Position numbers and translations under genes: made by a program
Shown: one piece after another, positions 1 to 11,807 of the stretch
How the letters are laid out: every line of letters starts with the position of its first letter
Position numbering within the stretch: position 1 is the stretch's first letter
Notes under the pieces: generated by a model
Told to the model about the DNA's origin: nothing
The model's input: the letters and a program-made list of their open reading frames with translations, nothing else
Databases searched by the model: none
From: Takakia lepidozioides
Lineage: Eukaryota > Plantae > Bryophyta
Length of the DNA: 64,000 nt
Reading direction: 5' to 3'
Assembly: GCA_030704615.1 (NCBI GenBank)
Contig: CM060732.1
Coordinates: forward strand, 1,116,001 to 1,180,000

Positions 1-259
1 AGCATACACCGTCCGACTCAACTTCCGTCCGCTCAGTAATCGACATATTGCGGAGGATGAAGACAACGGGTTCCCGCTCCAGTGACCTTCTTAGGCTTGA
101 TTACGACAAAACTCCAATCCATTCTGTGGAAACTTTGCCTGATGTTGTGGATGGGAATGTTATCTACGAGTTCCCTCCAGTGCCGGCAGGCGCAGCCCAG
201 ACGGCATGCTCGCAGGAATGAACAGGAAACATGACGGCCACCCTTGGTGTGTCACCAAA
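1..259 (+). mobile_element. Fragment of a diverged paralog of the MULE transposase at 11.8-15.4 kb
   Basis: Translates to HTPSDSTSVRSVIDILRR...LDYDK...DGNVIYEFPP...(frameshift)GMLAGMNRKHDGHPWCVTK, aligning with HIPSTSTAVRSILEILRG...LDYSK...GMLTDMDRKHDGHPWCVTK at ~12320-12570; ends abruptly against Gypsy sequence at ~260. Confidence 0.8.
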
Positions 260-719
260 CCAGAATGAGATGAGAGCTCCTGTGAATGAGGGCCCAGTGG
301 TGGCAGCTCACATGGTTAGGCCATGTGTTGTACCAGAAGTAAGTACAATGATAGTAACAAGAAGCAAAGCCAAACTAATACCTCCAGTAGTTGAGGAAGA
401 TGATGATAATGAAGATGGCAGTGATATGCCTGAAGATGATGAGGCTTGGAGAGATGAGAAGGAACTGCACAAGGAAGTGGCAGATACCATAAGGGAAATG
501 CAAAAGAGTACTGATATTCCTGTGGCAGATTCCTCTGATTTTGATGGAGAAGAAGAAGTGAGTGAGGATGAAAGGAAGAAAGAAGTTGTAGACATGCAAA
601 GTAATGAAGGGACTTTGGCTGAAGTAATATTCAGTAGTGTGTTAGCACACGGCCAGTGAGTTCCCATATAAGCCAGTCCACTCTACGACCAATCATCTTG
701 CCTTTCCCCATGACAAGTC

Positions 720-1682
720 TTGCCTTCAGATTTCCATGGTATGCCTCAATGCTTGCGTTTGTGTCTTGGCTCGCATGAGGGACATGGCGGGCTGCTATAC
801 ACCAAAGCAGAGATTACCATTGGACAGCTATTGGCTGTGGCACCTTATTGTAGACACAGGCTGTATCAAGCAATCAATCGAATTGCCCAAGAGACAGGAA
901 ACACAGACCTGAACAGCAAGGTGACCAGTTATAATGTGAAGCCGGAAGGGCGAGAAACAGTCATGGACTTTGATGATTCTATGCCAGTAATCCAATTGAG
1001 AATTGGAAGCACAGAACTAACTGATGTACTGATAGATGGAGGCTCTGGAGTAAATATCATGACAGACCAATTAAGGAAGAAGCTTGGTCTAAGTAACATG
1101 AAACCAGCCCCATTTACAGTAACAATGGCAGATCAAAGAAGTGTACAGCCATTGGGATTGATAAGAGGAGTTAAGATACAGATACAGAAGATGATCTTTA
1201 TGATCACAGTAACTGTGTTGAAGATGGATGAAGTCATGGAGGCTTACTCCTTATTATTGGGACGTCCGTGGCTGAAACAGGCCAGGGTATTCCATGACTG
1301 GAATTCTCAGTTACTAACTGTGCATAATGGGATGCACAAGATACAAATTACCACTAAGAAATCTAGTAGATTACCTGCTACGAGAAGACCTCGAGGGGTC
1401 AGAGAGTATGACTGGAGGGGAGGACTGGATGAGGAGCAGGAAGCTACCCTGTTCGCTGCACACCCAGAGTGGGAGCAGGTTGCAGAGATGTGGCTGGAAG
1501 GCCTAAGTTGTTTAAGAGGTATCTGCTGTGGTGTAGTGTCAGCAACACCAATTGGAGAGGAAACCAGCAGTTACCCATCACATTTCTATGAAGAAAGAGA
1601 AGGAGAAATGGAAATCCTAGAGGAACCAGCCACTGTGAGTATACAGGATGAAAGTGGAGACTGGTTGGACAATCACAGCTGA
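720..1682 (+). pseudogene. Gypsy gag C-terminus and aspartic protease
   Basis: VLIDGGSGVNIM catalytic motif and LLLGRPWL motif. Confidence 0.9.
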
Positions 1683-3978
1683 TGAGCAAGTGAGGGAAGT
1701 GAATGTGGGAACTGAAGAGGAACCGAGGATGGTGAAGGTAGGAGCTGATTTGGAGGCAGAATTCTTTGAAGAAGCTAAGAGTTTGTGCATCAAATACAGA
1801 GATGTATTTGCTTGGAGCTACAAGGATCTAAAAGGGATACCACCTGAAATCTGTCAGCATAAGATTGAACTAGAACCAGGGTCAGTACCAATCAAGCAGG
1901 CAAGGTACAGAATGAATCCCAACTATGCACAAAAGGTTGGAGAAGAGATCAAGAAGTTGCCTGAGGCTAAGTTTATATACCCGATAGAGTATACGACTTG
2001 GTTGTCACCCATTGTGATAGTTCCTAAGAAGAATGGGAAACTAAGAGTTTATGTGAACTACAAGAAGCTGAATGCTTGTACGAAGAAAGATCCTTTCCCT
2101 TTACCATTCACAGAAGCAGTATTGGACACTGTGGCAGGCCATGAGATGTACACATTCATGGATGGCTTCAGTGGTTATAATCAAGTGCAAGTGGCAGAAG
2201 AAGACCAGGGAAAGACAACTTTCATCACAGACTGGGGTGCTTATGCATACAAAGTCATGCCCTTTGGACTTTGTAATGCACCAGCAACCTTTCAGAGAGT
2301 GATAAGTGAATCTTTTCATGAGTATCTGGATGATTTCATACAGGTATTCTTGGATGATTTCAGTGTGTACAGCTCTAAGAATGAGCACTTGCATAAGTTG
2401 GAGTTATGTCTGGGCAGATGCAGAATGAGAGGTTTGGGCCTGAATCCAGATAAATGTACTTTCTGTGTGAACTCAGGGGTGCTTCTGGGACACATTGTGT
2501 GTAAGAGGGGGCTTCTTGTGGATCCCAGGAAGACAGAGGCCATTAAAGCCTCTCCACCACCAGTAAATGTTAAGAGTCTAAGGAGATTCCTTGGGCAAAC
2601 CAATTATTACAGAAGATTTGTTACAAGGTATGCACAGATAGCAGCACCATTGAGCAAGCTTCTGAAGAAAGATGCAGTGTTTACATGGACAGCTGAATGT
2701 CAACAGGCTTTTGAGGAACTTACATTGTCAGTAACAACTACACATGTGTTGATTAACCCTCACTGGCATGTAGTATTTTATGTTCACTGTGATGCCTCAG
2801 GAGAAGCATTGGGAGCAGTGTTAGCCCAGAATGTTACAGGAAATATAGATTCACCTGTGTACTATGCTAGCAGGTTGATGAACAGTGCTGAAAGGAACTA
2901 TAGCACAACTGAAAGAGAAGCACTGGCAATGATTTATGCAGTCAAGAAATTCAGGCATTACCTATTGGGAAGAAAGTTTATGTTTTATGTGGATCACCAG
3001 GCTCTGATATATTTGGTGAACAAACCTTTGATAAGTGGAAGGATAGCGAGGTGGTTAATAATCTTGCACGAGTTTGAGTTCGAAGTTGTTTACAAGCCTG
3101 GCCGTTTGCATCTTGTGGCAGATCATTTGTCACGACTAACAACAGGAGAAGCCGCCACAGGAGTAAACGATCAGTTACCTGATGCGAGTTTATTTATAAT
3201 GGAGGTGCAAGGAAGTGCAGATGAATGGTTAGATTGGCAGTGGCCAATCAAATACTACCTTACTCATGGTCAGTGCCCACCTAGTTATGGTAAGGAGCAA
3301 AGGAAGAGAATCGCTATCAAGGCTCTACCTTATACTATGGTAGGAGGCAAAATGTATAAGCTAGGACCTGATGGAGTACTTAAACGATGCTTGTACCACC
3401 ATGAAGTAAATAAAGTTTTGGAGGAAGTTCATAAAGGAGTGGCTGGAGGTCATTTTGGATAAGAGACTACCAGTAGGAAGATACTACTTGCAGGTTACTG
3501 GTGGCCTACTTTGTTCAAAGATGTACACAAGTATTGTCAGAGTTGTGATGAATGTCAGAGGCTAGGACCTTTGCAGAGATTTGGGAAGATGACTTTGCAT
3601 CCTACAATGCTTACGGAACCATTTCAGAAACGGGGACTAGACTTTGTTGGACCAATTAACCCACCAGCCAAGAATACATAGAACAGATACATAATTACAG
3701 CCACTAATTATACTACGAAGTGGGTGGAAGCTAAAGCTTTGAGGGACAACACAGCCAAGTCCACAACAAGGTTCCTGTATGAGAACATACTTACACGATT
3801 TGGCTGTCCCTTGGAATTTATCAGTGATCAGGGAAGTCACTTCATTAATGAGACCATTGAACTATTGACTAAAGAGTTCATGATTGTGCATAGGAAGAGT
3901 ACAACGTATTACCCACAGGGTATTGGGCAGGCAGAGGCTACCAACAAAATACTATGTACTATCTTGGCTAAGATAGTC
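1648..3978 (+). pseudogene. Gypsy pol: RT, RNase H and integrase N-terminal part (in-frame stops at ~3460 and ~3680)
   Basis: RT motifs SPIVIVPKKNG, DGFSGYNQ, MPFGLCNAPATFQR, FLDD; RNase H CDASG...EREALA; integrase GGHFG and SDQGSHF. Confidence 0.95.
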
Positions 3979-4199
3979 GGGGGCTGCTATTTCATGAGCG
4001 GCATGAGCATGAGCGGAAAAAAAAAAAGCATGAGCAGACCATTGTGAGTCCACGGAAATAGGGTTAGGAGGCACGGAAATAGGGTCATGTGAAGTTGGAA
4101 TGTGGCACCAGTGGACTTGAAATGCAACATTTTATTGCAAATTTTGTGGCAAGCCATGTCTATACAAGTGTGTTCTAACTGTCATAGCCGGAATGGGCA

Positions 4200-7100
4200 C
4201 TACTCTCCTACACCCTCCGAGGAACTTGCCCCACCTTCTTCCTCATCCCCCTCATCCCCCTCATCCTCCGAGCTCTGTGATGCATCAGTTCCACTATGCC
4301 TCTCAAAAATCCCGTCCTCTCCTTGGGGGACTGTCCACCTCACCTCCTGGGAATCTTCTGCGTCTTCTCCCCCACTTTCCTCGGCAGAATCCAACACAAA
4401 TCTACGAGCCCGACGGGCTCTAATAGCTGCTGCCTCCTCCCTCATCTTCATTTTCTTGAGGCTTGCCTCGTCTAAAATGGCCCTCTGTTCGCAACCCCTG
4501 CGTACTGATGCAGAACCATTTTCTGAGGAGGACCGGGGTGACACTTTTCGGTGTCCACCTTGCCACCGCATTCTCTGTGGTCTTCCCTCTTGTGGCAAGG
4601 ACAACCACACATCCACCGTCATCCAGAAGCATCCCCGCCAGCCCAAACCCGGCTTTCCAGTAGTCCTCAGTAAACCTGTTCCAGGTGGGCACATCATCCA
4701 GGCCCTCCAGCAGCTCCCCATCTGGAATGTCGAGGAGAATCATGTCGCAAGCTCTCTCCACCTCAACCCCCCCCCGAGTGCTCTTGCAATTCGTGCTCAC
4801 AGCCGTGAAGAATTCCATCATGGCTTCAAAACCAGGGGTGTCTTTAGGCTCTGTACCGCCAGCCCTCTTCTTGGCTTTCCCCTTCTGCTCCGCCAGTGAC
4901 TTGTTGTGTGCCACCTTCTTCGCCCTGGCAGCGAGAGCGTCAAGGAAGCTCTCATTGACGCATTGGATGATGGTTGGAGGTTCTAGCTTTGGCCTGTGCG
5001 TAAACGTCACCGCCGAATACCGGCGTGTAGGCTCGCCCTCAAATGCCAACTTCTTGGCAGAGCCAGTCCCACTCCGAACTGACTTGGGAACCCGGACGAC
5101 CGGTGACTGGGTAGGAGCAACAGCAGTCGCAGGACCTTGAACAAAATCGGCGTCGGAGTCACTCTCTTGGGTCCCCTTCTGCGCCTCCTCCGATGCCCCG
5201 ATGGTTTTCTTCTTTTTGGGTGTTACTGCAGTCACCTGTTTCCTTGTCCTTTTCCTTTGACCTTTACTCTTCTCATGCAATTTCTCCTGAATTCCTGCCT
5301 GAGCAAGCTCTGCCGCTTTCCTGGAGTTCGCAAGCGCTTTTGCCTCTTTTGCACCCAACGGAGGCAGCGGAGCCCGGTTTCGTCGGAATTCAGCATCCAG
5401 CTTCAATTGAAACTCGGATGGGTCGAGCGAGCCCGGCGGAAGGTCTACATACCAAGGGCAATCACGCAAATGTTCCAGATGCCACTCCTTCACAATATCG
5501 TCAGTGTACATGGAGTCAGCCCCAGGGTTCCTCCATGCCAGGAAGAATGGTGGCTCGAAAGACAGATGACATTTCTCCAAAAGGGAGAACTTACAGTACC
5601 TGCATTCATGAAAAACACAATGAGGTCCGAAAATGGCTAAGTCCCTGAACGGCAATAGGGGAATATGGCGCCGAATTTCCACTTCAGGGCCACCCAGTCT
5701 AGGGACTTAGCCTGAAAATGGCTAAGTCCCTGAACGGCAATATGGCCTGGAACTGGAAAATGGCGCCGAATTTCCGGTTCAGGGCCACCCAGTCTACGGA
5801 CTTAGCCCGAAAATGGCTAAGTCCCTGAACGGCAATAGGGCCTAAAACTGGAATATGGCGCCGAATTTCCACTTCAGGGCCAGCCAGTCTAGGGACTTAG
5901 CCCGAAAATGGCTAAGTCCCTGAACGGCAATAGGGCCTGGAACTGGAAAATGGCGCCGAATTTCCAGTTCAGGGCCAGCCAGTCTAGGGACTTAGCCCGA
6001 AAATGGCTAAGTCCCTGGACGGCAATAGGGCCTAGAACTGGAAAACGGCGCCGAATTTCCAGTTCCGGGCCAGCCACACTAGGGACTTAGGCCGAAAATG
6101 GCTAAGTCCCTGAACGGCAATAGGGCCTACAACTGGAAAATGGCGCCGAATTTCCACTTCAGGGCCAGCCAGTCTAGGGACTTAGACCGAAAATGGCTAA
6201 GTCCCTGGACGGCAATAGGGCCTGGAACTGGAAAATGGCGCCGAATTTCCAGTTCCGGGCCAGCCACCCTAGGGACTTAGCCATTTTCGGAGCCCTGACT
6301 GGAAATTCGGCGCCATTTTCCCTAACACCACTTGAGGCCTCTAACATCCTGAAATGCCAGGACTTGAAAGAAAGGCAGCGCGTATGTACCTGTACAGAAG
6401 GCGCATTGCTGCTTTGTCCGCGTTCGGCTGGTCGGTGAACTCGTGGCTCCGGCGAGCATCTACTATCTCCCGAAAGAATAGGTTGGTTTTGTAGAGTAGA
6501 AAGTACCTCGTCACATAGTCACGTAGGCTCTCTGCTGCAGGAGATATCTCCATCTTGAACCGATGTGCTTGTGTGTCCAGCTGCTCTTGCGCATTCGTCG
6601 TCACCTGTGGAGATTGTCCATCAGATCGCTTTCCTCAAAAAATACAATGAATCCACCCCCTACTAGAGTAGAAGCCCCAAACAAAGCGTGGGAAGTACCT
6701 GAAACCACCATGTCATGCGGTTCATCCACATGTCGAATGTGGGGTCAGAGAGTTTGTCCGGTTTGGGGAAGCTCCACATGTCCCTGGCACTTTGGGAACC
6801 ATTCCAGATTTGGAGCCACCGGGTCTGTCCAACCACCCAGCATATTCGTAAGCGCCAAACACCACAAAAAGGAGTTGTTGCCACCACAATTTGTTAAGAA
6901 TGTATCACCTTTTCTGTTGCATCCACACAGGATGTGGCTAGACGATGGAGCTTCTCCAATGTCATCGTGGGCTTCAGAACGCGAGAGTAGTGCTTCCCCA
7001 CCTCCACCAGAAAGTCGGCACCAAGGGCGGGATCAGCTATGGCCACGTACTTTACCATCCGCGACTTGTACTTTATGCGGGCCCTCACCTCCGCAGCTTT

Positions 7101-9022
7101 GACATACGATTCGAGTTCCGGGAGGGTTGGATTCTTCTCCTCTGACTCCATGTAGAACCTCCGCGCATGTGCCAAATCCTGCTGTATTTTCGTCTGTCAA
7201 GAATGCGCACATAAGATTAGAGATCCTGCTCAACACAATTTCTTCTATTGGGGGAGGAGAGACAGATTAGCTCAACAAAACTGTCAGGAGCTTTACCCGA
7301 AATATGTAGTCCACCATGGCGTCGACGCTCAGCCTATACCAGGTTCTGTCTGCCTTTGCCTCCGACTTGCGCAGGAGGTCGGCACTGAGGGAATTGGCAA
7401 ACTCTTGCACCCCCTGCTTCCCGACATCCTTCACTCGGAAGAGCATATGGGACAAGTTGGTGGCAATGAAGGCATTCTCAGTCACCCTGCAGTGCCACAT
7501 TTCCATCAAACAATACTGAAATGGGAATTTTCATCATATATGAGGATTCGCAATGAAATGACTTCCAAATTCAAAGTCCAAAAGCGAGAGGGGTTGTAGC
7601 TTACGAGTTGATGTCGGCCATTGCAGCTTTGAGAAGACTGCGATCTTTGGGCCCCGCAACCTTCAGCACAACACAATCGACGGCGAAATGCCAATCGAGA
7701 TCGTTGGGGTGGGCTTGGGCAATGTGCTCCATCCATGCCAGGAGGCGATGATTGCCGTCCCACACGTAGAACATCTTACCGGACATGTGCTGGAAAAGAG
7801 GATCACTAGCAATCGATCTCTCGAACTCCTCATTTCGCGTTTGCCAATGGGGACCCCATTTGTCCACCTCATCGGAAGTGTGGGCACGGGAAGCTCCGTG
7901 GTCGTTCTCAATGGAAACGTAAAACGCGGCAGACCCCATTCGATATCCATCCCGGAAAGAGAATTTCAGCTTGTCGATATCGCCTGGGAGGGCAGGTCTC
8001 ACCACCTGCAATGACACCAAGCGGCAAAGGGGAATTCGAAGCTTGGCCGGGTACACCATGCCCCCCAGCACCCTGCCAATGTTGCTGTGGGTTGCCTCCA
8101 ACATCTTGGCAGCGGCCAACTTCATATCCGCCTCAGACATGACGTCTGCTGCAGAGGGGTTTTCCGGCAGCCCACCAGGACCGCCAAATCCAGCCTGTAT
8201 GCTCCGGGTTTGGGGCCTGGGGATGTCCGGGAGGATGTCATCCTGGTCAGAAACCTCCATGTCGTCCTCCTCAACAGGGTCAGCCACCTGCGAAACCACC
8301 TCCAGCACTCTCGTCGTCTCTACTGCCCTCTCCCTGGCTTCACCTCGAACTTGCACAATCCGTGCTCTTTCAGGTGTTCTTTCCTCTCCTCCACTCTCCA
8401 CCGTATGGGTAATTGCGGGGGCTGCTCTTGCCCGCGATGGTCTAACCGGTGTGTTACTGCCTCTCTGTGGTGTCTTGGAGGGATCCACCGTCTCTGTGTG
8501 TCCCTCGCTTACATTGGCATCTGTCATTTGGGCACCCCTGGCCTCTTCAGCTGCCTTTTGTCTTTCCTCCTGGCTAGCATTCTGTCTCGTCTGTTCTTTT
8601 GCCCTCTCTTTTGCCCTCTCACGGGCTTTTTGTTTCTTACTAGGGCTAGCAGCAGGGGAGCCCTCCAGGACGACCACCTTTGATTGAGGCGAACTGACAC
8701 CCTCGCGCGCACTGCTCACTCCCCCCTCCGCAGCCCGTGACTGCTCTCTCGCCGGGGATTGCATGTGCTTAGCTTTCTTCTTTTTCTTTGCGTGGGCGGG
8801 CCCTACTGCATGTGCATGAACAACCTCCATTGCCGGATCTGCTGTCCTCATGTCCTCACGCCCTTCACCTACCATGCCGCCTGCACCAACCTCCCCAATG
8901 CCTACTCTGTCGTAATCTCGTTGCAAGTCCTCCCGTCCACCAACAAAAGGTTTAAGTTTGCCCTCTTGCCCCAAGTTGGGCGATTCAAACATGCGATGAG
9001 TTGGAGCTGTCGATGATACCAC
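4200..9022 (-). pseudogene. Spliced cargo gene, copy 1: disordered N-terminus, ParB/Srx-like domain, helical region, beta-class N6A/N4C DNA MTase-like domain (C-terminal MTase exons deleted)
   Basis: In-phase GT-AG exons ~9022-7605, 7486-7297, 7178-6909, 6824-6699, 6604-6390, 5599-~4479, then 4478-4200. ParB-like VRP...DIDKLKFSFRDGY...YVWDGNHRLLAW (DGNHR at 7745-7759); MTase motif-IV-like CDMILLDIPDG...WN...LLDDGGCVVV (DIPDG at 4717-4731). Confidence 0.8.
5628..6320. repeat. Intronic 95-bp tandem repeat (~7 units) containing the GGAAAATGGCGCCGAATTTCC palindrome
   Basis: ATGGCTAAGTCCC recurs at 5718, 5813, 5908, 6003, 6098, 6193; each unit also has inverted CTAAGTCCCT...AGGGACTTAG arms; lies within the intron 5600-6389. 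Confidence 0.95.
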
Positions 9023-9779
9023 CAGCGTGCCGGGCTCGTCGTCACTCTGTCATTGACAAAAATCGTGAAAACCAACATCGGTGCAAAAAGCAGCATCGCA
9101 ACCACCATAGCAACAATCATGTAGCAAAAATGAAAACATAACAAGTTTAGGAAGTATGGAGAGCCATGCAACAACAATGAAAACAAATGCAACCATTGCC
9201 TAAGAATGACATGCACAAGCAGCCTTCTCCAGAGCTGCCGGATTTGCACACGCATTGCAAACAATCTAAGGTTCACTCAACTATCTAAAGTTCACTCATA
9301 CAGCAAAGCCAGGATGAAGATGCAAAAACAAAGCGAGGTAACAAAGCGAAAGCAAAAAATAAATCGAACAAACCGAAAGCAGAAGTGGCTTGCCTGAGAG
9401 TACTCGGCTTCAGTTGGCGCAGGTTGTGAGCAAGACACTGGAATCTCCTGCTGGAGCTTCAGTTTGGCCATGCGAGAGATTGGCCGTCGTCCGTAGTACA
9501 GAGCTTTCAACTTCCGCCGCGGTCTGGATGTGAGGTCTCTCTCAGGAGAGCCACGCCCTTCAGGCGGCATAAGTCCCAGCCAAAAAGATCTCTTTTTTTG
9601 GGGTACATGCCTGGAATACCATGTTAAGCCAAGATTAGCATGAGATTTAGGGTACGTGTCCAGGAAGCCATGCGTCGCCAGCCCGAATAATAACCGACGG
9701 CGGTCGACATTTATTGCCCAACTGCGCAATTAAATGTCGGATGAAGCCCTCCATGTCGGATGAAAATCGACGTAAACAG

Positions 9780-11510
9780 TCCCGGAATTTCCAACGTAGA
9801 GGTAATTCGGAGCGCTGCACGATGGAATTCCGGCGCCGGATTTCCATCCTGCAGGTAATTCGGAGCGCAGCAGGATGGAAGTCCGGCGCCGAATTTCCAT
9901 CCGCGGAGGTAGGGCGGCGCTGGAAATTTCCCTCACGCAGGTAATTCGGAAGCGCGCGGATGGAAATCCGGCGCCGAATTTCCATCCGCGGAGGTAGGGC
10001 GGCGCGCCGAATTTCCCTCACGCAGGTAATTCACGCAGGTAATTCGGTGCCGAATTTCCATCGTGCAGGTAATTCGAATACCGGATGAATGGAAATTCGG
10101 CGCCGAATTTCCATCCTGCGGGTAAGTGGAATCCCGAATAAATGGAAATTCGGCGCCGAATTTCCATCCTGCAGGTAATTCGAATCCCGGATGAATGGAA
10201 ATTCGGCGCCGAATTCCATCCAGCAGGTAAGTGGAATCCCGGATGGATGGAGATTCGGCGCCGAATTTCCATCCTGCAGGTAATTCGAATCCCGGATGAA
10301 TGGAAATTCGGCGCCGAATTTCCATCCAGCAGGTAAGTCGGATCGGTGCCGTATAGATATTCGGCGCCGAATTTCCATTCGCCATGTATTTTCTGAGCGA
10401 GGAATTACCTTCGTGCAGGTAATTCCCAGATGAGGAAATTACCGTCTGCAGGTAATTCGTCGATCAGAATTACCTTCGTGCAGGTAATTCTGGACGAGGA
10501 ATTAACATCCTACCGGCATCGATTGGAATTACCTGCAGGAAGGTAATTCTGAGAGATGAAATACATGGCGAATGGAAATTCGGCGCCGAATATCCATACC
10601 CACCGATCCGAATTACCTGCTGGATGGAAATTTGCGCCGAATTTCCATTCATCCGGGATTGGAATTACCTGCAGGATGGAAATTCGGCGCCGAATTTCCA
10701 TTCATCCGGGATTCCACTTACCTATTGGATGGAAATTCGGCGCCGAATCTCATCCATCCGAGATTCCACTTACCTGCTGGATGGAAATTCGGCGCCGAAT
10801 CTCCATCCATCCGGGATTCCACTTACATGCTGGATGGAAATTCGGCGCCGAATTTCCATCCGGGGGATGGTCTATGTCGGAGAGGTGCCGCCTCTCCGCC
10901 GCTCTGTTGGATATTCAGGGCCGAATTTCCGCGGGGGTTGAAATATGACGGCCAGGGTGCCGACCTCTCCCTTCTCCCCGACTGCATTGGGACGGCCCGA
11001 ATTGAAATTCGGCGCCGTTTTCCCATCTGGGGAGGTTTTTATGTCGGCCAGTTTTCGGTCTGACCCCCCGACAAGACTTCTTTGGGGGGGCCCGGATGGA
11101 AATTCGGCGCCGAATCTTCATCCAGGGGATGTCTCTGTCGCCACACTCGCCGGCCTCTGCGCCCGAGGCGACTTCATCCGGGCGTCCCCTGTTCGATATT
11201 CGGTGCCGAATTTCTGTCCGGGGGTTGAAATGTGACGGCCAAGTGCCGGCCACTCCCCCCTCCTCGACTGCATCCGAACCGCCCCGGATGGAAATTCGGC
11301 GCCGTTTTTCCATCTGGGGATGTTTTTATGCCGTCCAGTTTTCGGCCTGACCCCCCGACACGACTCCCTTTGGGGGGCCCGGATGGAAATTCGGCGCCGA
11401 ATCTCCATCCAGGGGATGTTCTCTGTCGCACACGCGCCGGCCTCTGCGCCCGAGGCGACTTCATCCGGGCTTCCTCTGTTGGATATTGGGGGCCGAATTT
11501 CCATTCGGGG
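9780..11510. repeat. Intergenic arrays of GGAAATTCGGCGCCGAATTTCC (~58-60-bp period) forming a large inverted repeat centred near 10475, followed by a ~290-bp duplication
   Basis: GAATTTCCATTCGCCATGTATTT (~10369-10391) is the reverse complement of AAATACATGGCGAATGGAAATTC (~10559-10581); the arrays on either side run in opposite orientation. Confidence 0.9.
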
Positions 11511-11807
11511 GTAGTAATGTGACGGCACGGTGCCGGCTTCTCCCCTTCAGCCGTCATCATCCGGACGGCCCCCCACTTTCTGACTGCATACCGTTGGCAG
11601 TTATTGCGCAAAGACGAGGGCCGCATTCCGGAGACAAGGTTCATTAAACACTCTGACTGTGGATTTTTGAGATAGTTGGCTCCCTGGATTTGGATCAGGC
11701 TTCGTCGCTCGGACAAATCGGCATCGCATTCATTCCCATCGCTGCAATCCCCTTCTACCAGGGAGCTTCCCGCACGCCATCCTGGCAGTCTTGTGTGCAC
11801 ATCTCCC

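Noticed and set aside
4200-9022. Bacterial or phage contamination as the source of the ParB/MTase sequence
   Set aside because: Has in-phase spliceosomal introns, lies within TIRs/TSD inside a plant Gypsy element and recurs in the window.
5628-11510. Regularly spaced palindromic repeats as a CRISPR array
   Set aside because: Sequences between palindromes are themselves repeated rather than unique spacers; no cas genes; eukaryotic context.
9647-11528. Many short MEIRRRISI ORFs
   Set aside because: Translations of the palindrome on both strands.
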